Below, one piece after another: positions 18,870-30,064 of a stretch of DNA of 64,000 nt (position 1 is the stretch's first letter; each line of letters begins with the position of its first letter). A program made the position numbers and the translations under genes. The notes below the pieces were generated by a model. It made no database searches and was not told where the DNA came from. It saw nothing but the letters and a program-made list of their open reading frames with translations. This stretch comes from an uncultured delta proteobacterium (GTDB lineage Bacteria > Desulfobacterota > RBG-13-43-22). The stretch is from assembly GCA_963743305.1 (NCBI GenBank), contig CAVUPH010000013.1, positions 32,001-96,000 of the forward strand, read 5' to 3'.

Positions 18870-20090
18870 ATGAAGGGGAAGGTCGTGGAAGAAGGGAATA
18901 CTAGTAATAATAGCAAAAAAGCAGGATCGAAAAAAAAGCCGGTTCTTATCATGGCGGGTGTGGCGCTCCTGGCGGTTATCGGCGGGTACCTCTATTGGCG
19001 GTACGCCCAAACCCATATTTCTACCGATGACGCCTATGTGGCCGGGTCCGTCTATTCCGTTAGTTTCCGGATACCGGGGACCGTGAGCCAGGTATGGGTT
19101 CATGACAATCAACTGGTGGAATCAGGGCAGGAGCTGGTGACCCTGGACCCCGCTGATTATGAAGTGGCCTATAAACAGGCCCAGGCTAATCTGGAAGCCC
19201 TCAAGGCCCGCTGGGGCTCCGCTCGGATGGCAGTCCCTCTGGAATCGGACCAGACCCGGGCCCGGGTGGATGAATCCAAAGCCGGGGTAGGGACCTCTGA
19301 AAAAAACGTGGAAGAAGCCCGGCAACAGCTCCGGCGGCTGCAGGAAGAAACAAAATCCCAGCAGGCCCTCCTGGACAAGGCCACCTGGGATCGGGATCGC
19401 TTCAGCAAACTCTTCCAGCAAAAGGCCATCTCCCGGCAGCAATACGACGACGCCCAAACCCAGTATGAGGTGGCCTTTTCACGTCACCAGGGGTCTCTGG
19501 CCGCCCAGCAGGCCCTGCAAAATTCCATTGCCGGTCTGGGCGAACAGATCAAGCGGGCCCAGGCCCAGGTCGTCTTCGCGGAGACCGGCCGGCAGGGGGT
19601 GAAGATCAAGAAACAGCAACTGGAGGCTGCCAAGGCGGAATTATCTTTGGCCGAGGCCCGGCTCGATCAGGCCCGGTTGCAACTGTCCTATACCCGGATC
19701 CTGGCCCCGGCGCGCGGCCATATAACCAAAAAGAATGTGGAAGTCGGAAATTTGGTCCAGGCCGGGCAGCCCCTGATGGCCCTGGTCCCTCTGGAAAACC
19801 TTTGGGTGGTGGCCAATTACAAGGAAACCCAGCTTACCCGAGTGAAAAAAGGTCAGGAAGTGACCATCAAGGTGGATACCTTCCCGGACAAAAAAATCAA
19901 AGGCCGCGTCGAAAGCCTCATGGCCGGAACGGGATCGGCCTTTTCTTTGTTTCCGCCTGAAAATGCTACCGGAAACTTCGTCAAGATCGTTCAGCGCCTC
20001 CCGGTCAAGATCGTGCTGGAGAAGAATCAGGAACTCCCCCCCCTGCGGATCGGCATGTCGGTGGAACCCACCATCTTAGTCCAGGAATAA
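18870..20090 (+). CDS. emrA: HlyD/EmrA family efflux membrane fusion protein
   Basis: STDDAYV, ANYKETQL, FSLFPPENATGNFVKIVQRLPVKI. Confidence 0.9.
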   Translation: MKGKVVEEGNTSNNSKKAGSKKKPVLIMAGVALLAVIGGYLYWRYAQTHISTDDAYVAGSVYSVSFRIPGTVSQVWVHDNQLVESGQELVTLDPADYEVAYKQAQANLEALKARWGSARMAVPLESDQTRARVDESKAGVGTSEKNVEEARQQLRRLQEETKSQQALLDKATWDRDRFSKLFQQKAISRQQYDDAQTQYEVAFSRHQGSLAAQQALQNSIAGLGEQIKRAQAQVVFAETGRQGVKIKKQQLEAAKAELSLAEARLDQARLQLSYTRILAPARGHITKKNVEVGNLVQAGQPLMALVPLENLWVVANYKETQLTRVKKGQEVTIKVDTFPDKKIKGRVESLMAGTGSAFSLFPPENATGNFVKIVQRLPVKIVLEKNQELPPLRIGMSVEPTILVQE

Positions 20091-20248
20091 GGGACAGGAA
20101 AAAGGATCGAGGAACGAGGATAACGGAATGGTTTTTATACCGGGCAGTGCTTTTGAGGCCGCCATTTCTATCCTTGATCCTTTGACCTTAATCCTTAGAC
20201 TTTTTGTTGGTGCCCTGTCTTTTCACTCTCGCCACCTCTAATACGGTT

Positions 20249-21808
20249 ATGAACAATAGCCCCGCGCCCGTTCCCCAGGTCAATAAATGGCTCATTACCG
20301 TCACGGTCATGCTGCCGACGATTATCGAGATCCTGGATACCAGCGTAGCCAACGTGGCCCTGGGACACATGCAGGGCAGCCTGAGCGCCGGGTTGGACGA
20401 GGTGACCTGGGTCCTGACCTCCTATCTGGTCTCTAATGCCATCATTATCCCCATCACCGGGTGGCTGGCCAGCACCTTCGGTCGAAAAAACTACCTGATC
20501 TTTTCCCTGGGACTGTTTACCGTCAGCTCGCTCTTGTGCGGGGCCGCCCCCAACCTGCAAACCCTGATACTATTTCGGATACTCCAGGGGATCGGCGGCG
20601 GGGCCCTCCAGCCCCTGGCCCTGTCTATCCTCCTGGAGACCTTTCCGCCGAAAGAACACGGCATGGCCATGGCCGTCTATGGAGTCGGAATAGTCTTCGG
20701 CCCGATTCTGGGACCTTTGTTGGGGGGATACATTACCGACACCTGGAGCTGGCGCTGGATCTTTTATATCAACCTCCCTTTGGGCGGGCTGGCCATCCTG
20801 ATGACGTATTTCTTTATCTTCGATCCGTCCTATATCCGCAAGATCCAGACTAAAATCGACTATTGGGGCTTGGCGCTGCTTACCCTGGGATTGGGGGCCT
20901 TGCAGATTGTCCTGGATCGCGGGGAGCGGGAGGACTGGTTTGACTCCACATTTATCATCGGCCTTTCGATTGTGGCCATCGTTTGCCTGGCCTTATTCGT
21001 CTGGGTGGAAATCCGTCAGTCTTCTCCGGTGGTCCGGCTGCAGATTTTTAAGAATCGCTCCTTCAGCACCGGAAACCTCATTATGTTCTTGTGTTTTTTT
21101 GCCTTCTTCGGCAGCATCGTGCTGCTGCCCGTCTACCTGCAGAGTCTGATGGGCTACACGGCCTTTTTAGCCGGGTTTGTCCTCGGCCCCGGAGCACTTT
21201 CAACCTTGGTGATGATGCCTATCGTGGGACGGATGATCGGGAAGGTCGATTCGCGACTCATCCTGGGGTTTGGTATGCTGGTCAACGCTTACGCCCTCTA
21301 TCTCATGTCCAACTTTACCCTGAATGCCGACTTCTGGACCATTATCTGGCCTAGAATCCTTCAGGGCGTGGGGATCAGTTGTTTCTTCGTCCCCCTGTCC
21401 ACTTTGACCTTGTCCAGCATTTCTAAACCGGAGATGGGCAATGGCAGCGCCATATTCAACCTTTTGCGAAACCTGGGGGGTAGCTTCGGGGTGGCTTTCA
21501 TCACCACCATGCTTTCCCGCCGGACTCAGTTTCACCAGCACCATCTGGCCGAGGGCTTTTCGATTTTCGATTTCAAGCTGCAGCAGGCGCTACCGAATAT
21601 CCAGCAGTTTTTGCAGGGAGCCGGGATCGAAGGGACCACGGCCCGGCAGGGATCCCTGGAAACGCTCTACCGGCTACTGCAAAGGCAGGCGGCCATGTTG
21701 GGGTTCAATGATGTTTTTTGGCTGTTGAGTCTTTTTTTTCTCGGCCTGATTCCTTTTATTGTCCTCATCCGCCGGAGAAGGGATGCTATTGCCGGGATCG
21801 GCCACTAA
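20249..21808 (+). CDS. emrB: DHA2 family MFS efflux permease EmrB
   Basis: LDTSVANVAL, WVLTSYLVSNAI, WRWIFYINLP; about 14 TM helices. Confidence 0.9.
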   Translation: MNNSPAPVPQVNKWLITVTVMLPTIIEILDTSVANVALGHMQGSLSAGLDEVTWVLTSYLVSNAIIIPITGWLASTFGRKNYLIFSLGLFTVSSLLCGAAPNLQTLILFRILQGIGGGALQPLALSILLETFPPKEHGMAMAVYGVGIVFGPILGPLLGGYITDTWSWRWIFYINLPLGGLAILMTYFFIFDPSYIRKIQTKIDYWGLALLTLGLGALQIVLDRGEREDWFDSTFIIGLSIVAIVCLALFVWVEIRQSSPVVRLQIFKNRSFSTGNLIMFLCFFAFFGSIVLLPVYLQSLMGYTAFLAGFVLGPGALSTLVMMPIVGRMIGKVDSRLILGFGMLVNAYALYLMSNFTLNADFWTIIWPRILQGVGISCFFVPLSTLTLSSISKPEMGNGSAIFNLLRNLGGSFGVAFITTMLSRRTQFHQHHLAEGFSIFDFKLQQALPNIQQFLQGAGIEGTTARQGSLETLYRLLQRQAAMLGFNDVFWLLSLFFLGLIPFIVLIRRRRDAIAGIGH

Positions 21809-21938
21809 GCCCGGGATAGCAGTTGACAGGCCGAAAAAAAATAAGGTATGATATCGGCCAGATTCGGAAAAAAATAAGCAACTCTGAGAAAGATAAACAA
21901 GCTAAAAACAACGCCGATAACTTTAGAATGAGAAAAAA

Positions 21939-22214
21939 ATGGACCAGGAAGAAGAAAAAATCATTGAGTTGCTTGAGGTGGTCAACGAGGGAAAACCTGT
22001 TTCTCCGTCGCCACCGGACCCCCCTCCCCAACGGCCTGACCTCCAATTGACCCCTGAATGGGAAGAGAAAATCGCCGACCTGGTTCATCGGGAAGTGGAG
22101 CGCCAGGTCCAGTTGACCGTTCAGGGGCGCCTGGATAACCTGGTTCGTGAGGTATTAGCCCGGGAAGCGGAAAAAGCGCTGGCTCGGGAAATAGAAGCCT
22201 TAAAAAAGTCCTGA
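21939..22214 (+). CDS. small hypothetical protein (acidic N-terminus, Pro linker, helical C-terminus) upstream of valS
   Basis: ORF with IIELLEVV, PSPPDPPP and REIEALK. Confidence 0.7.
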   Translation: MDQEEEKIIELLEVVNEGKPVSPSPPDPPPQRPDLQLTPEWEEKIADLVHREVERQVQLTVQGRLDNLVREVLAREAEKALAREIEALKKS

Positions 22215-22329
22215 CTAATTTTTTAAAACCAACGACGAATAGGTTGAAGGGGGGTTAAGGTATTAATCCCCTTTTATTTTAGGGGACCAAAATAACAAGC
22301 GGCCCTCACAGGTTTTCGGAGTGGATTTC

Positions 22330-24996
22330 ATGGACAAATTTCAACTTCCTAAAGGATACGAGCCTCAAGCGGTGGAGGCGGAACTCTATGCCCAATGGGT
22401 CGAAAAAGGGCTGTTTAAAGGTAACGTGGACGACCCCGCCCCCTCCTTTACCATGGTCATTCCGCCGCCTAACGTGACGGGGACGCTGCATATGGGTCAT
22501 GCCCTGAACACGACCCTGCAGGACATCCTTTGGCGCTACTATAAGATGAAAGGCCGAAACGTCCTCTGGATTCCGGGGACGGACCATGCCGGCATCGCCA
22601 CTCAAAACGTGGTGGAACGCATGCTGGCCCAGGAGGGCCTCCGGCGTCAGGATCTGGGCCGGGAGAAGTTCGTGGAAAAGGTCTGGGAATGGCGGGCCAA
22701 ATACGGGGGGCTGATCATCAACCAGCTCAAACGTCTGGGGGCTTCCTGCGACTGGAGCCGGGAGCGCTTTACTATGGACGAAGGCCTTTCCCGGGCGGTT
22801 CGAGAGGTCTTTGTCCGCCTGTACGGAGAGGGGCTCATTTACCGGGGGGATTACATCATCAACTGGTGTCCCCGTTGTCACACGGCCCTTTCCGACCTGG
22901 AAGTGGAACACGAGGGCCTGGAGGGCGGACTCTATCATATCCGCTACGCCCTGGTGGAGGGAGAAGGGGGGGTCATCGTGGCCACCACCCGGCCGGAAAC
23001 CATGCTGGGGGACACGGCGGTGGCCGTTCATCCCGAAGATCCCCGATACCAGGGACTGGCCGGGAAAATGGTCCATCTGCCCCTGACCGGTCGGTCGATT
23101 CCCATCATCGCCGATCCCTACGTGGATCAAAATTTCGGCACCGGGGCCTTGAAAATAACCCCGGCCCACGACTTGAACGACTTTGAGATCGGCCGCCGTC
23201 ACGACCTGCCCAGGATCAAGGTCATGGATGACGAGGGCCGCATGAATGAACAGGCCGGGGCCTACCGGGGGCTGGACCGTCTGGCCGCCCGACAGAAGGT
23301 CCTGGAGGATTTGAAGGGTTTGAACCTGTTGGAGAAGGTGGAGAAATACCAGCACAACGTGGGCCATTGTTATCGCTGCAAGACCGTGGTCGAACCCACC
23401 CTTTCCAAACAATGGTTTGTCCGGGTCGGGCCTTTGGCCCGCCGAGCCCTGGAGGCGGTACAAAAGGGCGAAACACAAATTTTTCCGGCGAATTGGGAAA
23501 AAACTTATTTTGAGTGGATGACCAATATCCGCGACTGGTGCATTTCCCGTCAGATCTGGTGGGGTCACCAGATTCCGGCCTGGTTCTGCCGGTCCTGCGG
23601 GGAGGTCACGGTGGCCCTGGAAGGGCCGGCGGCCTGCGCCTCCTGCGGATCGACCGACCTGGTTCAGGAAACGGATGTGCTGGACACCTGGTTCAGTTCG
23701 GCCCTCTGGCCTTTTTCCACTTTGGGCTGGCCGGAGCAAACCAGGGAGTTGCAGGTCTATTACCCCACCTCCGTCCTGGTGACCGGTTTCGACATCCTTT
23801 TTTTCTGGGTGGCCCGGATGATGATGATGGGTCTGCACTTCATGGGGAAGGTCCCGTTCACCCACGTCTATATCCATGCCTTGGTCCGGGATGCCGAGGG
23901 CCAGAAGATGAGCAAGTCCAAGGGGAACGTGATCGATCCCTTGACCGTCATGGATCAGTACGGGACCGATGCCTTTCGTTTTACCTTGGCCGCCCTGGCG
24001 GTCCAGGGCCGTGATATCAAGCTTTCCGAGGAGCGGATCGAGGGCTACCGCCATTTCGTCAATAAGATCTGGAACGCCGCCCGTTTTTGCGGTCCTCACC
24101 TGGAAGGGTTGGGGCCGGAAGACCTGCAATCCAGTGAGCCGCTGCCGACCGATGAAGTCAACCGCTGGATGATCAGCCGGGTGGGCCGAGTTATTCAGGC
24201 GCTGGAGGAGGGGATTGAAAAGTACCGTTTCAACGAAGCGGCTTATGAACTCTATCATTTTGTCTGGCATGAATTCTGCGACTGGTACCTGGAAATGATT
24301 AAACCGGTCCTCTACCAGGCCGAAGACAGCCGGGATCGGCAGGCCACCCGTCTGACCCTGCTCCGGTGTTTCGCCGCCATCCTGCGGCTGGTGCATCCCT
24401 TTATGCCCTTTGTCAGCGAGAAGCTCTGGCAAACCCTGATGCGGACCTCGGATAGCATCTTGCAGGCGGGTTGGCCCGAGGCCGCTGATTTTCCGGAAGA
24501 TTCGTCCGCTGAAGACCATATGGGCCTGGTCCAGGGGCTTATTTATGAGATCCGCAATATCCGGGGAGAGATGAATATCCCGCCCTCCAAAAATGTTGAG
24601 ATCTGGCTGCGCTGCCCGGGACCGGTCCAAGAGGAACTCATTCAGGGATATCAGGAAAACGTATTGATACTCACCAAAGGGTCCAGCCTTACGTTTTTAG
24701 GAGCCCTGCAGGGTCCACCGGATACGGCTATTTCGGGGGTCTATCAGGGAATTGAAATTTTTATCCCCCTGAAAGATATTCTTCAGTTTGAGGAGGAATT
24801 GAAACGGCTGGAAAAGGAGATTCAAAAAACCAGGAAGGACTGGCAGCAAACGGAAAAGAAGTTGTCCAACGAGGATTTCCTCCAGAAGGCCCCGGCGGAG
24901 GTTATCCAGAAAGAAAAAGAAAAGGTTCAGGTCTCAGGAAAGAAAATGGAAAAGCTGGAAGGGCATGTGAAACGCCTGAAAGCGCTGATGGCCTAA
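22330..24996 (+). CDS. valS: valine--tRNA ligase
   Basis: [35 protein letters not shown]-terminal coiled coil. Confidence 0.98.
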   Translation: MDKFQLPKGYEPQAVEAELYAQWVEKGLFKGNVDDPAPSFTMVIPPPNVTGTLHMGHALNTTLQDILWRYYKMKGRNVLWIPGTDHAGIATQNVVERMLAQEGLRRQDLGREKFVEKVWEWRAKYGGLIINQLKRLGASCDWSRERFTMDEGLSRAVREVFVRLYGEGLIYRGDYIINWCPRCHTALSDLEVEHEGLEGGLYHIRYALVEGEGGVIVATTRPETMLGDTAVAVHPEDPRYQGLAGKMVHLPLTGRSIPIIADPYVDQNFGTGALKITPAHDLNDFEIGRRHDLPRIKVMDDEGRMNEQAGAYRGLDRLAARQKVLEDLKGLNLLEKVEKYQHNVGHCYRCKTVVEPTLSKQWFVRVGPLARRALEAVQKGETQIFPANWEKTYFEWMTNIRDWCISRQIWWGHQIPAWFCRSCGEVTVALEGPAACASCGSTDLVQETDVLDTWFSSALWPFSTLGWPEQTRELQVYYPTSVLVTGFDILFFWVARMMMMGLHFMGKVPFTHVYIHALVRDAEGQKMSKSKGNVIDPLTVMDQYGTDAFRFTLAALAVQGRDIKLSEERIEGYRHFVNKIWNAARFCGPHLEGLGPEDLQSSEPLPTDEVNRWMISRVGRVIQALEEGIEKYRFNEAAYELYHFVWHEFCDWYLEMIKPVLYQAEDSRDRQATRLTLLRCFAAILRLVHPFMPFVSEKLWQTLMRTSDSILQAGWPEAADFPEDSSAEDHMGLVQGLIYEIRNIRGEMNIPPSKNVEIWLRCPGPVQEELIQGYQENVLILTKGSSLTFLGALQGPPDTAISGVYQGIEIFIPLKDILQFEEELKRLEKEIQKTRKDWQQTEKKLSNEDFLQKAPAEVIQKEKEKVQVSGKKMEKLEGHVKRLKALMA

Positions 24997-25008
24997 CCAA
25001 AAATATTT

Positions 25009-25177
25009 GAATATCCAATTCCAACAAGGAATGTCCAATATCCAAGTAGGGATTTTGGCTTGGTCAATAATCGCGAGCAGATAGGTTTGCCGGCTTGCTT
25101 TCCCTAATCGCCACGGTCCAGCCAGTCGAAGGGTTATCCCTTCGACATTGGAGATTCCTTGTTGGATATTGGAATTC
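25009..25177. repeat. inverted-repeat element built of 7-mer units between convergent valS and proC
   Basis: GAATATCCAATTCCAACAAGGAATGTCCAATATCCAAG ... CTTCGACATTGGAGATTCCTTGTTGGATATTGGAATTC. Confidence 0.7.
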
Positions 25178-25199
25178 GTTTTTATCGTTTTTGGGTAAT

Positions 25200-26022
25200 T
25201 TAAGAAGGCTGCTCCCGCAGTTCTCGGGACCTTCGGGTGGCCGCCTCGACGGCGTTCATCAGGATGCCCCGCAGCCCCGCTTTTTCCATTTCGTGAAGCC
25301 CGGCTATGGTCGTTCCCCCGGGGGAAGTGACCATATCTTTTAATTGTCCGAAGGTCAGGTTGGATTCCCGGGCCAGGGCGCTGGCCCCATACACCGTTTC
25401 CAGCGCCAGTTTCGAGGCTATGGGACGCGGCAGACCCATTTTGACCCCGGCGTCCGACAGGGCCTCCAGGATCACAAAGACATAGGCCGGGCCGCTGCCC
25501 GACAAGCCGGTAACGGCATCGAACAGGGATTCATCCAGGCGGACCGTTTCTCCCACCGCCTTAAACAGGGATTCAGCCAGTTGGAAATCGTCCTCCCGAG
25601 CCGTTTCATTTCGGCACAAAGCGCTGATGCCGGCCTTGACCAAGGCCGGGGTATTGGGCATGACCCGGACGAGGCGGGGAGGGGAGGGAAAGGGTCGGGC
25701 CAGTTGGTCCAAGGTTATGCCGGCGGCTATGGAGACCAGCAGTTTCTCCGGAGACCAGAGGGGGACGAGCGCCTTCAGCGCCTTGGGGATCTGCTGGGGT
25801 TTGACGGCCAAAATCACCACCCGGCTGGGTTCCACTACCGGACCGGCAGTCGAGGCGGTCTGGACACCATAGGTTTTCTTTAAATAGGCCAGTCGATCCT
25901 GCAGGACATCAACCACCCGGCATTGACCGGCCGACAGGGTCCTTCCCTTGAAGGAGTCCCTTGATCAGGGCCTCGGCCATATTTCCGCCGCCGATAAATC
26001 CAACCTGGACTTTTTTAGCCAT
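25200..26022 (-). CDS. proC: pyrroline-5-carboxylate reductase; frameshift near 25942
   Basis: GFIGGGNMAEA N-terminus in the upstream frame; RVMPNTP, SGSGPAY, VTSPGGTT. Confidence 0.94.
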
Positions 26023-26048
26023 CGGTTCCCCCTATCCTTCTTCGGCTA

Positions 26049-26126
26049 TCGTTGGTCCCGTTTATCTCGTTTATTTGGTTTTCAAAACGAAACAAACCAG
26101 AAAAACGAAACAAACCAAATAAACGT
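26049..26126. repeat. 9-mer-periodic inverted repeat
   Basis: CGTTTATCTCGTTTATTTGGTT ... AACGAAACAAACCAGAAAAACGAAACAAACCAAATAAACG. Confidence 0.55.
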
Positions 26127-26149
26127 TGGGCGCTTTGCGCCCTGCGCCT

Positions 26150-27232
26150 TCAAACGGCCGATTTTTCCGTCAAATAATCCTGCTTGTAGATTTCAAAAAG
26201 GGTCATCAGAAAAGACAGGACCACCGGCCCTAAGATAAAACCAAGAAATCCGAAATACATGATTCCGCCCAGAACGCTCAAAAAGGTCAGCAGAGGATGG
26301 AGATTGGCATCCCCTTTCAGCAGAGCCGGCCGGAGGATGTTGTCGGCCCCGGAGATGATCAGGGTCCCCCAGAGGGCCAGGCCGATGGCCATCCAGACGG
26401 AGGAGGCCAAAGCCAGATAGATGGCGGCCGGGACCCAGATGATGCCGGTTCCCACCAGGGGGACAACCGAACTGAAGACCATGCAGACCCCCCAAAAGGC
26501 GGCCGAGGGGATACCGAAGATCCAAAAGCCGATGCCCCCCAGCAGCCCTTGAACAAAGGCCACAATGATGGACCCTTTCAGGGTGGCCTTGATGGTCCGC
26601 TCCAACTGCTCCAGGATGCGGTCACCGTGGGCCTCTTCCAGAGGATTAAGTGCTTTGATTTCCTTTAAAAATTTTTCGCCATCGATAATCAGGAAGAAAC
26701 TGATGAAGAGCGTAATGATGATGTTTACCAGGAAACCGATGAAACCTTTGGCAAAGCCGGTCATTTGGGTATAAACGAAGTCAGACAGGGATTTTACTAG
26801 GTTGCCCACATGGCTCCAAATCTCGACGGAATAGCCATAATAACTTAAAGGCTTCAAGAGCCGGTCCAAGGCGTCAACCTGGGATTCCAGGGCTTTCTCC
26901 AAGGTCCCTTTTTGCAGGCCCTGGGTAATGGATTGATAGAGATCGAAGGATTGCTGGGTAATAACCCCGGAAAGAAGGACCACCGGTATCAGGAAAACCA
27001 GCATGACCAGCAGAATGGTTACCAGGCCGGCGGGAATCCGGCGTCCTCGAAAAACCCTCAACAACTTCTTAAAAATCGGATAAAAAACCAGGGAAATCAG
27101 GATGGAAATGAATATGTCGTTTAAAAAAGGTCTGATGATTAAAAAAAAGAGATAAAGTACTCCGAGGAGAAAAATGATCAAGATAAACTTGGGGACGGTA
27201 TTTTCGTTTTGAGGAAATCGCGGCCAGGGCAT
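26150..27232 (-). CDS. AI-2E family transporter
   Basis: P.VGTGIIWVP, DNILRP, HPLLTFLSVLGG..FG..G.ILGP. Confidence 0.9.
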   Translation of the reverse strand: MPWPRFPQNENTVPKFILIIFLLGVLYLFFLIIRPFLNDIFISILISLVFYPIFKKLLRVFRGRRIPAGLVTILLVMLVFLIPVVLLSGVITQQSFDLYQSITQGLQKGTLEKALESQVDALDRLLKPLSYYGYSVEIWSHVGNLVKSLSDFVYTQMTGFAKGFIGFLVNIIITLFISFFLIIDGEKFLKEIKALNPLEEAHGDRILEQLERTIKATLKGSIIVAFVQGLLGGIGFWIFGIPSAAFWGVCMVFSSVVPLVGTGIIWVPAAIYLALASSVWMAIGLALWGTLIISGADNILRPALLKGDANLHPLLTFLSVLGGIMYFGFLGFILGPVVLSFLMTLFEIYKQDYLTEKSAV

Positions 27233-27256
27233 AAGCTTAAGTCTCTAGCGGTTCGA

Positions 27257-27562
27257 CTATTCGCCGCCGCCGGTCCAGGCCTTCTTGAGACCCTTCCCCA
27301 TGTTCTTGAATCCCTTGCCGATCCCCTGACCCAAGTCCTTGAAGCCTTCCCCGATTTCTTTTCCGCCTTCCTTAATCTTGGCCTTGGGGGAAGAACCGGA
27401 TTTGGATTTCTTTTTGACTTTCGGACCGGGAGATGGGGTGGTCTCCGCTTGAACCGTTTCTTTCCCGGTGGCCGGATCAAGGGGTTGGCTCTGAGCCCAG
27501 GAAAGGGTTGCTCCTAATAAACAAAGGGCGGAAATCAAAAGCAGGAATAACAGCCGTTTCAT
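27257..27562 (-). CDS. small exported protein with Gly/Lys amphipathic repeats
   Basis: Signal peptide; KEGGKEIGEGFKDLGQGIGKGFK. Confidence 0.65.
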   Translation of the reverse strand: MKRLLFLLLISALCLLGATLSWAQSQPLDPATGKETVQAETTPSPGPKVKKKSKSGSSPKAKIKEGGKEIGEGFKDLGQGIGKGFKNMGKGLKKAWTGGGE

Positions 27563-27685
27563 GTCTTTCTCCCTGTTTGGCAATGACCAGCCGGGGTAAT
27601 TTTTTCGAAACCTTCAGGCTACTAAAAATACAATTATACTCGGGTTATTTTCCCTTAGCAACCGGTTTTGAATTATAATAATCCC

Positions 27686-28699
27686 ATGAATCCCCTTTTT
27701 CATCCCCAACTGGTAAACGGCCCTTGGGGAGACCCGGTCTTGTATATCGAACTTAAATTTGACCGGAGGGCCATCCTTTTTGATTTGGGAGAAGTGCGCC
27801 TTATCCCGACCCGGAAACTGCTAAAAGTGACCCATGTTTTTATTTCGCACACCCATCTGGACCATTTCATCGGGTTCGATCATCTCTTGCGGGTTTTTCT
27901 GGGCAGGGAAAAGACGGTTTATTTTTACGGGCCGCCGCAGTTTATCGATCAATTGGAATCCAAGCTTCGGGCCTATACCTGGAACCTGGTGGAAAATTAC
28001 GCTAATAATCTGCTCCTGATCGCCTATGAAATACATCCGGATCGGGTGCTGGAGGCCCATTTCCCTATTGGAAAAGCTTTTCGAAAATCCGGCCTTCGAG
28101 AAACGATCAAGCCCTTTGATGGCCGGCTTCACGAAGAGGAGGCCTTCCAAATCCAGTCCGTATTCCTGGATCACAAAATTCCCAGCCTGGCCTTCTCCCT
28201 GGAGGAACGCTGTCATCTGAACATCCTGAAGACCGGCCTGGCGGAAATGAACCTACCCCGGGGTTTATGGCTGAAAGGACTTAAGGAGGCCATCTGGCGC
28301 GGAGAAAAGGCTGATTTTCCGGTGCGGGTCTGGGGCCAGGACCGGGATGGCTTCCCGGAAGGTACTTTCCCCTTAGGGCGCCTGAAAAAAAAATTGATTA
28401 AAATCACGGCCGGTCAGAAGATCGGGTATCTGGTGGATACGGTCCTCAATGAGAAAACCGAAAAGGACATGGTGAACCTGGCCCGGGGATCGGATCTCCT
28501 GTTTATTGAGGCGGCTTTTCTTGATCAAGACCGGGAGAGTGCCCGGGATAAATGCCACTTGACCGCGGCCCAGGCCGGGAGGGTGGCCCGGCAGGCCGGG
28601 GTAAAACGGATGATCCCCATCCATTATTCTCCGAAATATTCACGGAATCCGGAAATCCTCGAAAAGGAAGCCCTGGACTCTTTTCAGGGACGTATCTGA
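27686..28699 (+). CDS. RNase Z-like metallo-beta-lactamase fold hydrolase
   Basis: SHTHLDH, LFIEAAF, HLTA.QAG, HYSPKY. Confidence 0.85.
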   Translation: MNPLFHPQLVNGPWGDPVLYIELKFDRRAILFDLGEVRLIPTRKLLKVTHVFISHTHLDHFIGFDHLLRVFLGREKTVYFYGPPQFIDQLESKLRAYTWNLVENYANNLLLIAYEIHPDRVLEAHFPIGKAFRKSGLRETIKPFDGRLHEEEAFQIQSVFLDHKIPSLAFSLEERCHLNILKTGLAEMNLPRGLWLKGLKEAIWRGEKADFPVRVWGQDRDGFPEGTFPLGRLKKKLIKITAGQKIGYLVDTVLNEKTEKDMVNLARGSDLLFIEAAFLDQDRESARDKCHLTAAQAGRVARQAGVKRMIPIHYSPKYSRNPEILEKEALDSFQGRI

Positions 28700-28700
28700 A

Positions 28701-28782
28701 GAGACGCCCCATAGCCACCGGTCGGGCGGGTACCCCCCTGCCAGGTTAGGGCGCCAAAAGCTGGCGGCTGTGGAGCCCGTTC
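28701..28782 (-). ncRNA. candidate structured RNA or hairpin element (unassigned)
   Basis: GCTCCACAGCCGCC pairs with GGTGGCTATGGGGC around a 43-nt GC-rich core. G-U pairs favour the minus strand. Confidence 0.3.
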
Positions 28783-28954
28783 TGCTACTGATGGACATTA
28801 ATAATTAATAATCAAGGGGAAAGGCATAAAAAACGGTGGTCGATTATCATTTAGATACTAAACCGCTCTCGGCCGCCCATCCGGAAGGACGAACAACCAA
28901 AAAGGCTTTAACCCGGAGTCGGATTCTGATATAAGGAGAAGGGGAGGATAGCCC

Positions 28955-29296
28955 ATGGAATTCGATCAACGCCCTTGGGGTAATTATCAGGTATTGGCCG
29001 ATGAACCGGATCACAAGGTCAAAAGGATCGTGGTCTATCCGGGAAAGCGTTTGAGCCTGCAGCGGCATCAACAGCGGGCCGAACACTGGTATTTGATTGC
29101 CGGGCAGGCTCTGGTGACCCTGGACCAGGAAAAGGTTCCTTTACAATTAGGACAGGCGGTGGATATCCCCCGGGGGGCCAGACACCGGATAGAGAACACG
29201 GGCCCGCAGGATGTGGTTTTTATTGAAGTGCAGACCGGAGACTATTTCGAAGAAGACGATATTGAACGATTCGAGGACGATTACGGACGGGTTTAA
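28955..29296 (+). CDS. cupin protein, mannose-6-phosphate isomerase type II C-terminal-like
   Basis: RPWG, RLSLQRHQQRAEHW, IEVQTGDY..EDDIER.EDDYGR. Confidence 0.9.
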   Translation: MEFDQRPWGNYQVLADEPDHKVKRIVVYPGKRLSLQRHQQRAEHWYLIAGQALVTLDQEKVPLQLGQAVDIPRGARHRIENTGPQDVVFIEVQTGDYFEEDDIERFEDDYGRV

Positions 29297-29343
29297 TTCA
29301 AAACGGATGCTGGATAAAGACAAAAACCGATCCCGGATACTGG

Positions 29344-30042
29344 ATGAGCGACAATAATTCCATAATGGACCCTACCTACCTCAATCCCACGGCCATCCTG
29401 GACAGCGACCACCCCAGGATTGTGGAATATGCCCGGGAAGTGGCCGGCGAAGCTCGGGATCCGGTGGAACAGGCGATGCGGATTTATTACGCCGTCCGGG
29501 ACGGGGTCCGTTACGACCCATATTATCCCTTTTATCTCCCCGAACACTATCGGGCGAGCAATGTCCTGGCCAGCGGTCGGGGCTATTGCGTTAGCAAAGC
29601 TTCCCTCCTGTGCGCCTTAGGGCGGGCCCTGGGCATTCCCTCCCGAGTGGGGTTTGCCACGGTTCGCAATCACCTGGCCACAAAGCAATTGATAGAATTT
29701 CTCGGCTCGGATCTGTTTGTTTATCACGGCTATACCGATTTCTATCTAGAGGGGAAGTGGGTTAAGGCGACGCCGGCCTTCAATAGAGAGTTGTGCCTTC
29801 GGCATCGGGTTGCTCCGCTGGAATTCAACGGACGGGAGGATTCGATTTTCCAACCCTTTAATCACGAAAACAACCGCTTTATGGAATACCTGGACTTCCT
29901 CGGCACCTATGACGATATCCCGGTGGAAGTAATTGTTCAGGCTTGGGAAGAGGCCTACGGGCTTGATCGGGTCCAAGGCTGGATCGCCGGTTTCGAGTCC
30001 CAGAAACGGAAACGGGATTTCTATCAAGAAGAAGTAATCTAA
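29344..30042 (+). CDS. transglutaminase family protein
   Basis: [28 protein letters not shown]. Confidence 0.88.
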   Translation: MSDNNSIMDPTYLNPTAILDSDHPRIVEYAREVAGEARDPVEQAMRIYYAVRDGVRYDPYYPFYLPEHYRASNVLASGRGYCVSKASLLCALGRALGIPSRVGFATVRNHLATKQLIEFLGSDLFVYHGYTDFYLEGKWVKATPAFNRELCLRHRVAPLEFNGREDSIFQPFNHENNRFMEYLDFLGTYDDIPVEVIVQAWEEAYGLDRVQGWIAGFESQKRKRDFYQEEVI

Positions 30043-30064
30043 GAACAATGGAGGTAGTGGAACC

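Noticed and set aside
22306-24630. 774-aa minus-strand ORF, and similar long antisense ORFs (38494-39741, 56995-58110, 61947-63248, 53416-54375)
   Set aside because: These are shadow frames opposite well-supported GC-rich genes and have no recognisable motifs.
28820-28930. c-di-GMP/cGAMP (GEMM-I) riboswitch or SRP RNA suggested by ATACTAAACC and TCCGGAAGGA
   Set aside because: The remaining consensus elements and their spacing are missing.
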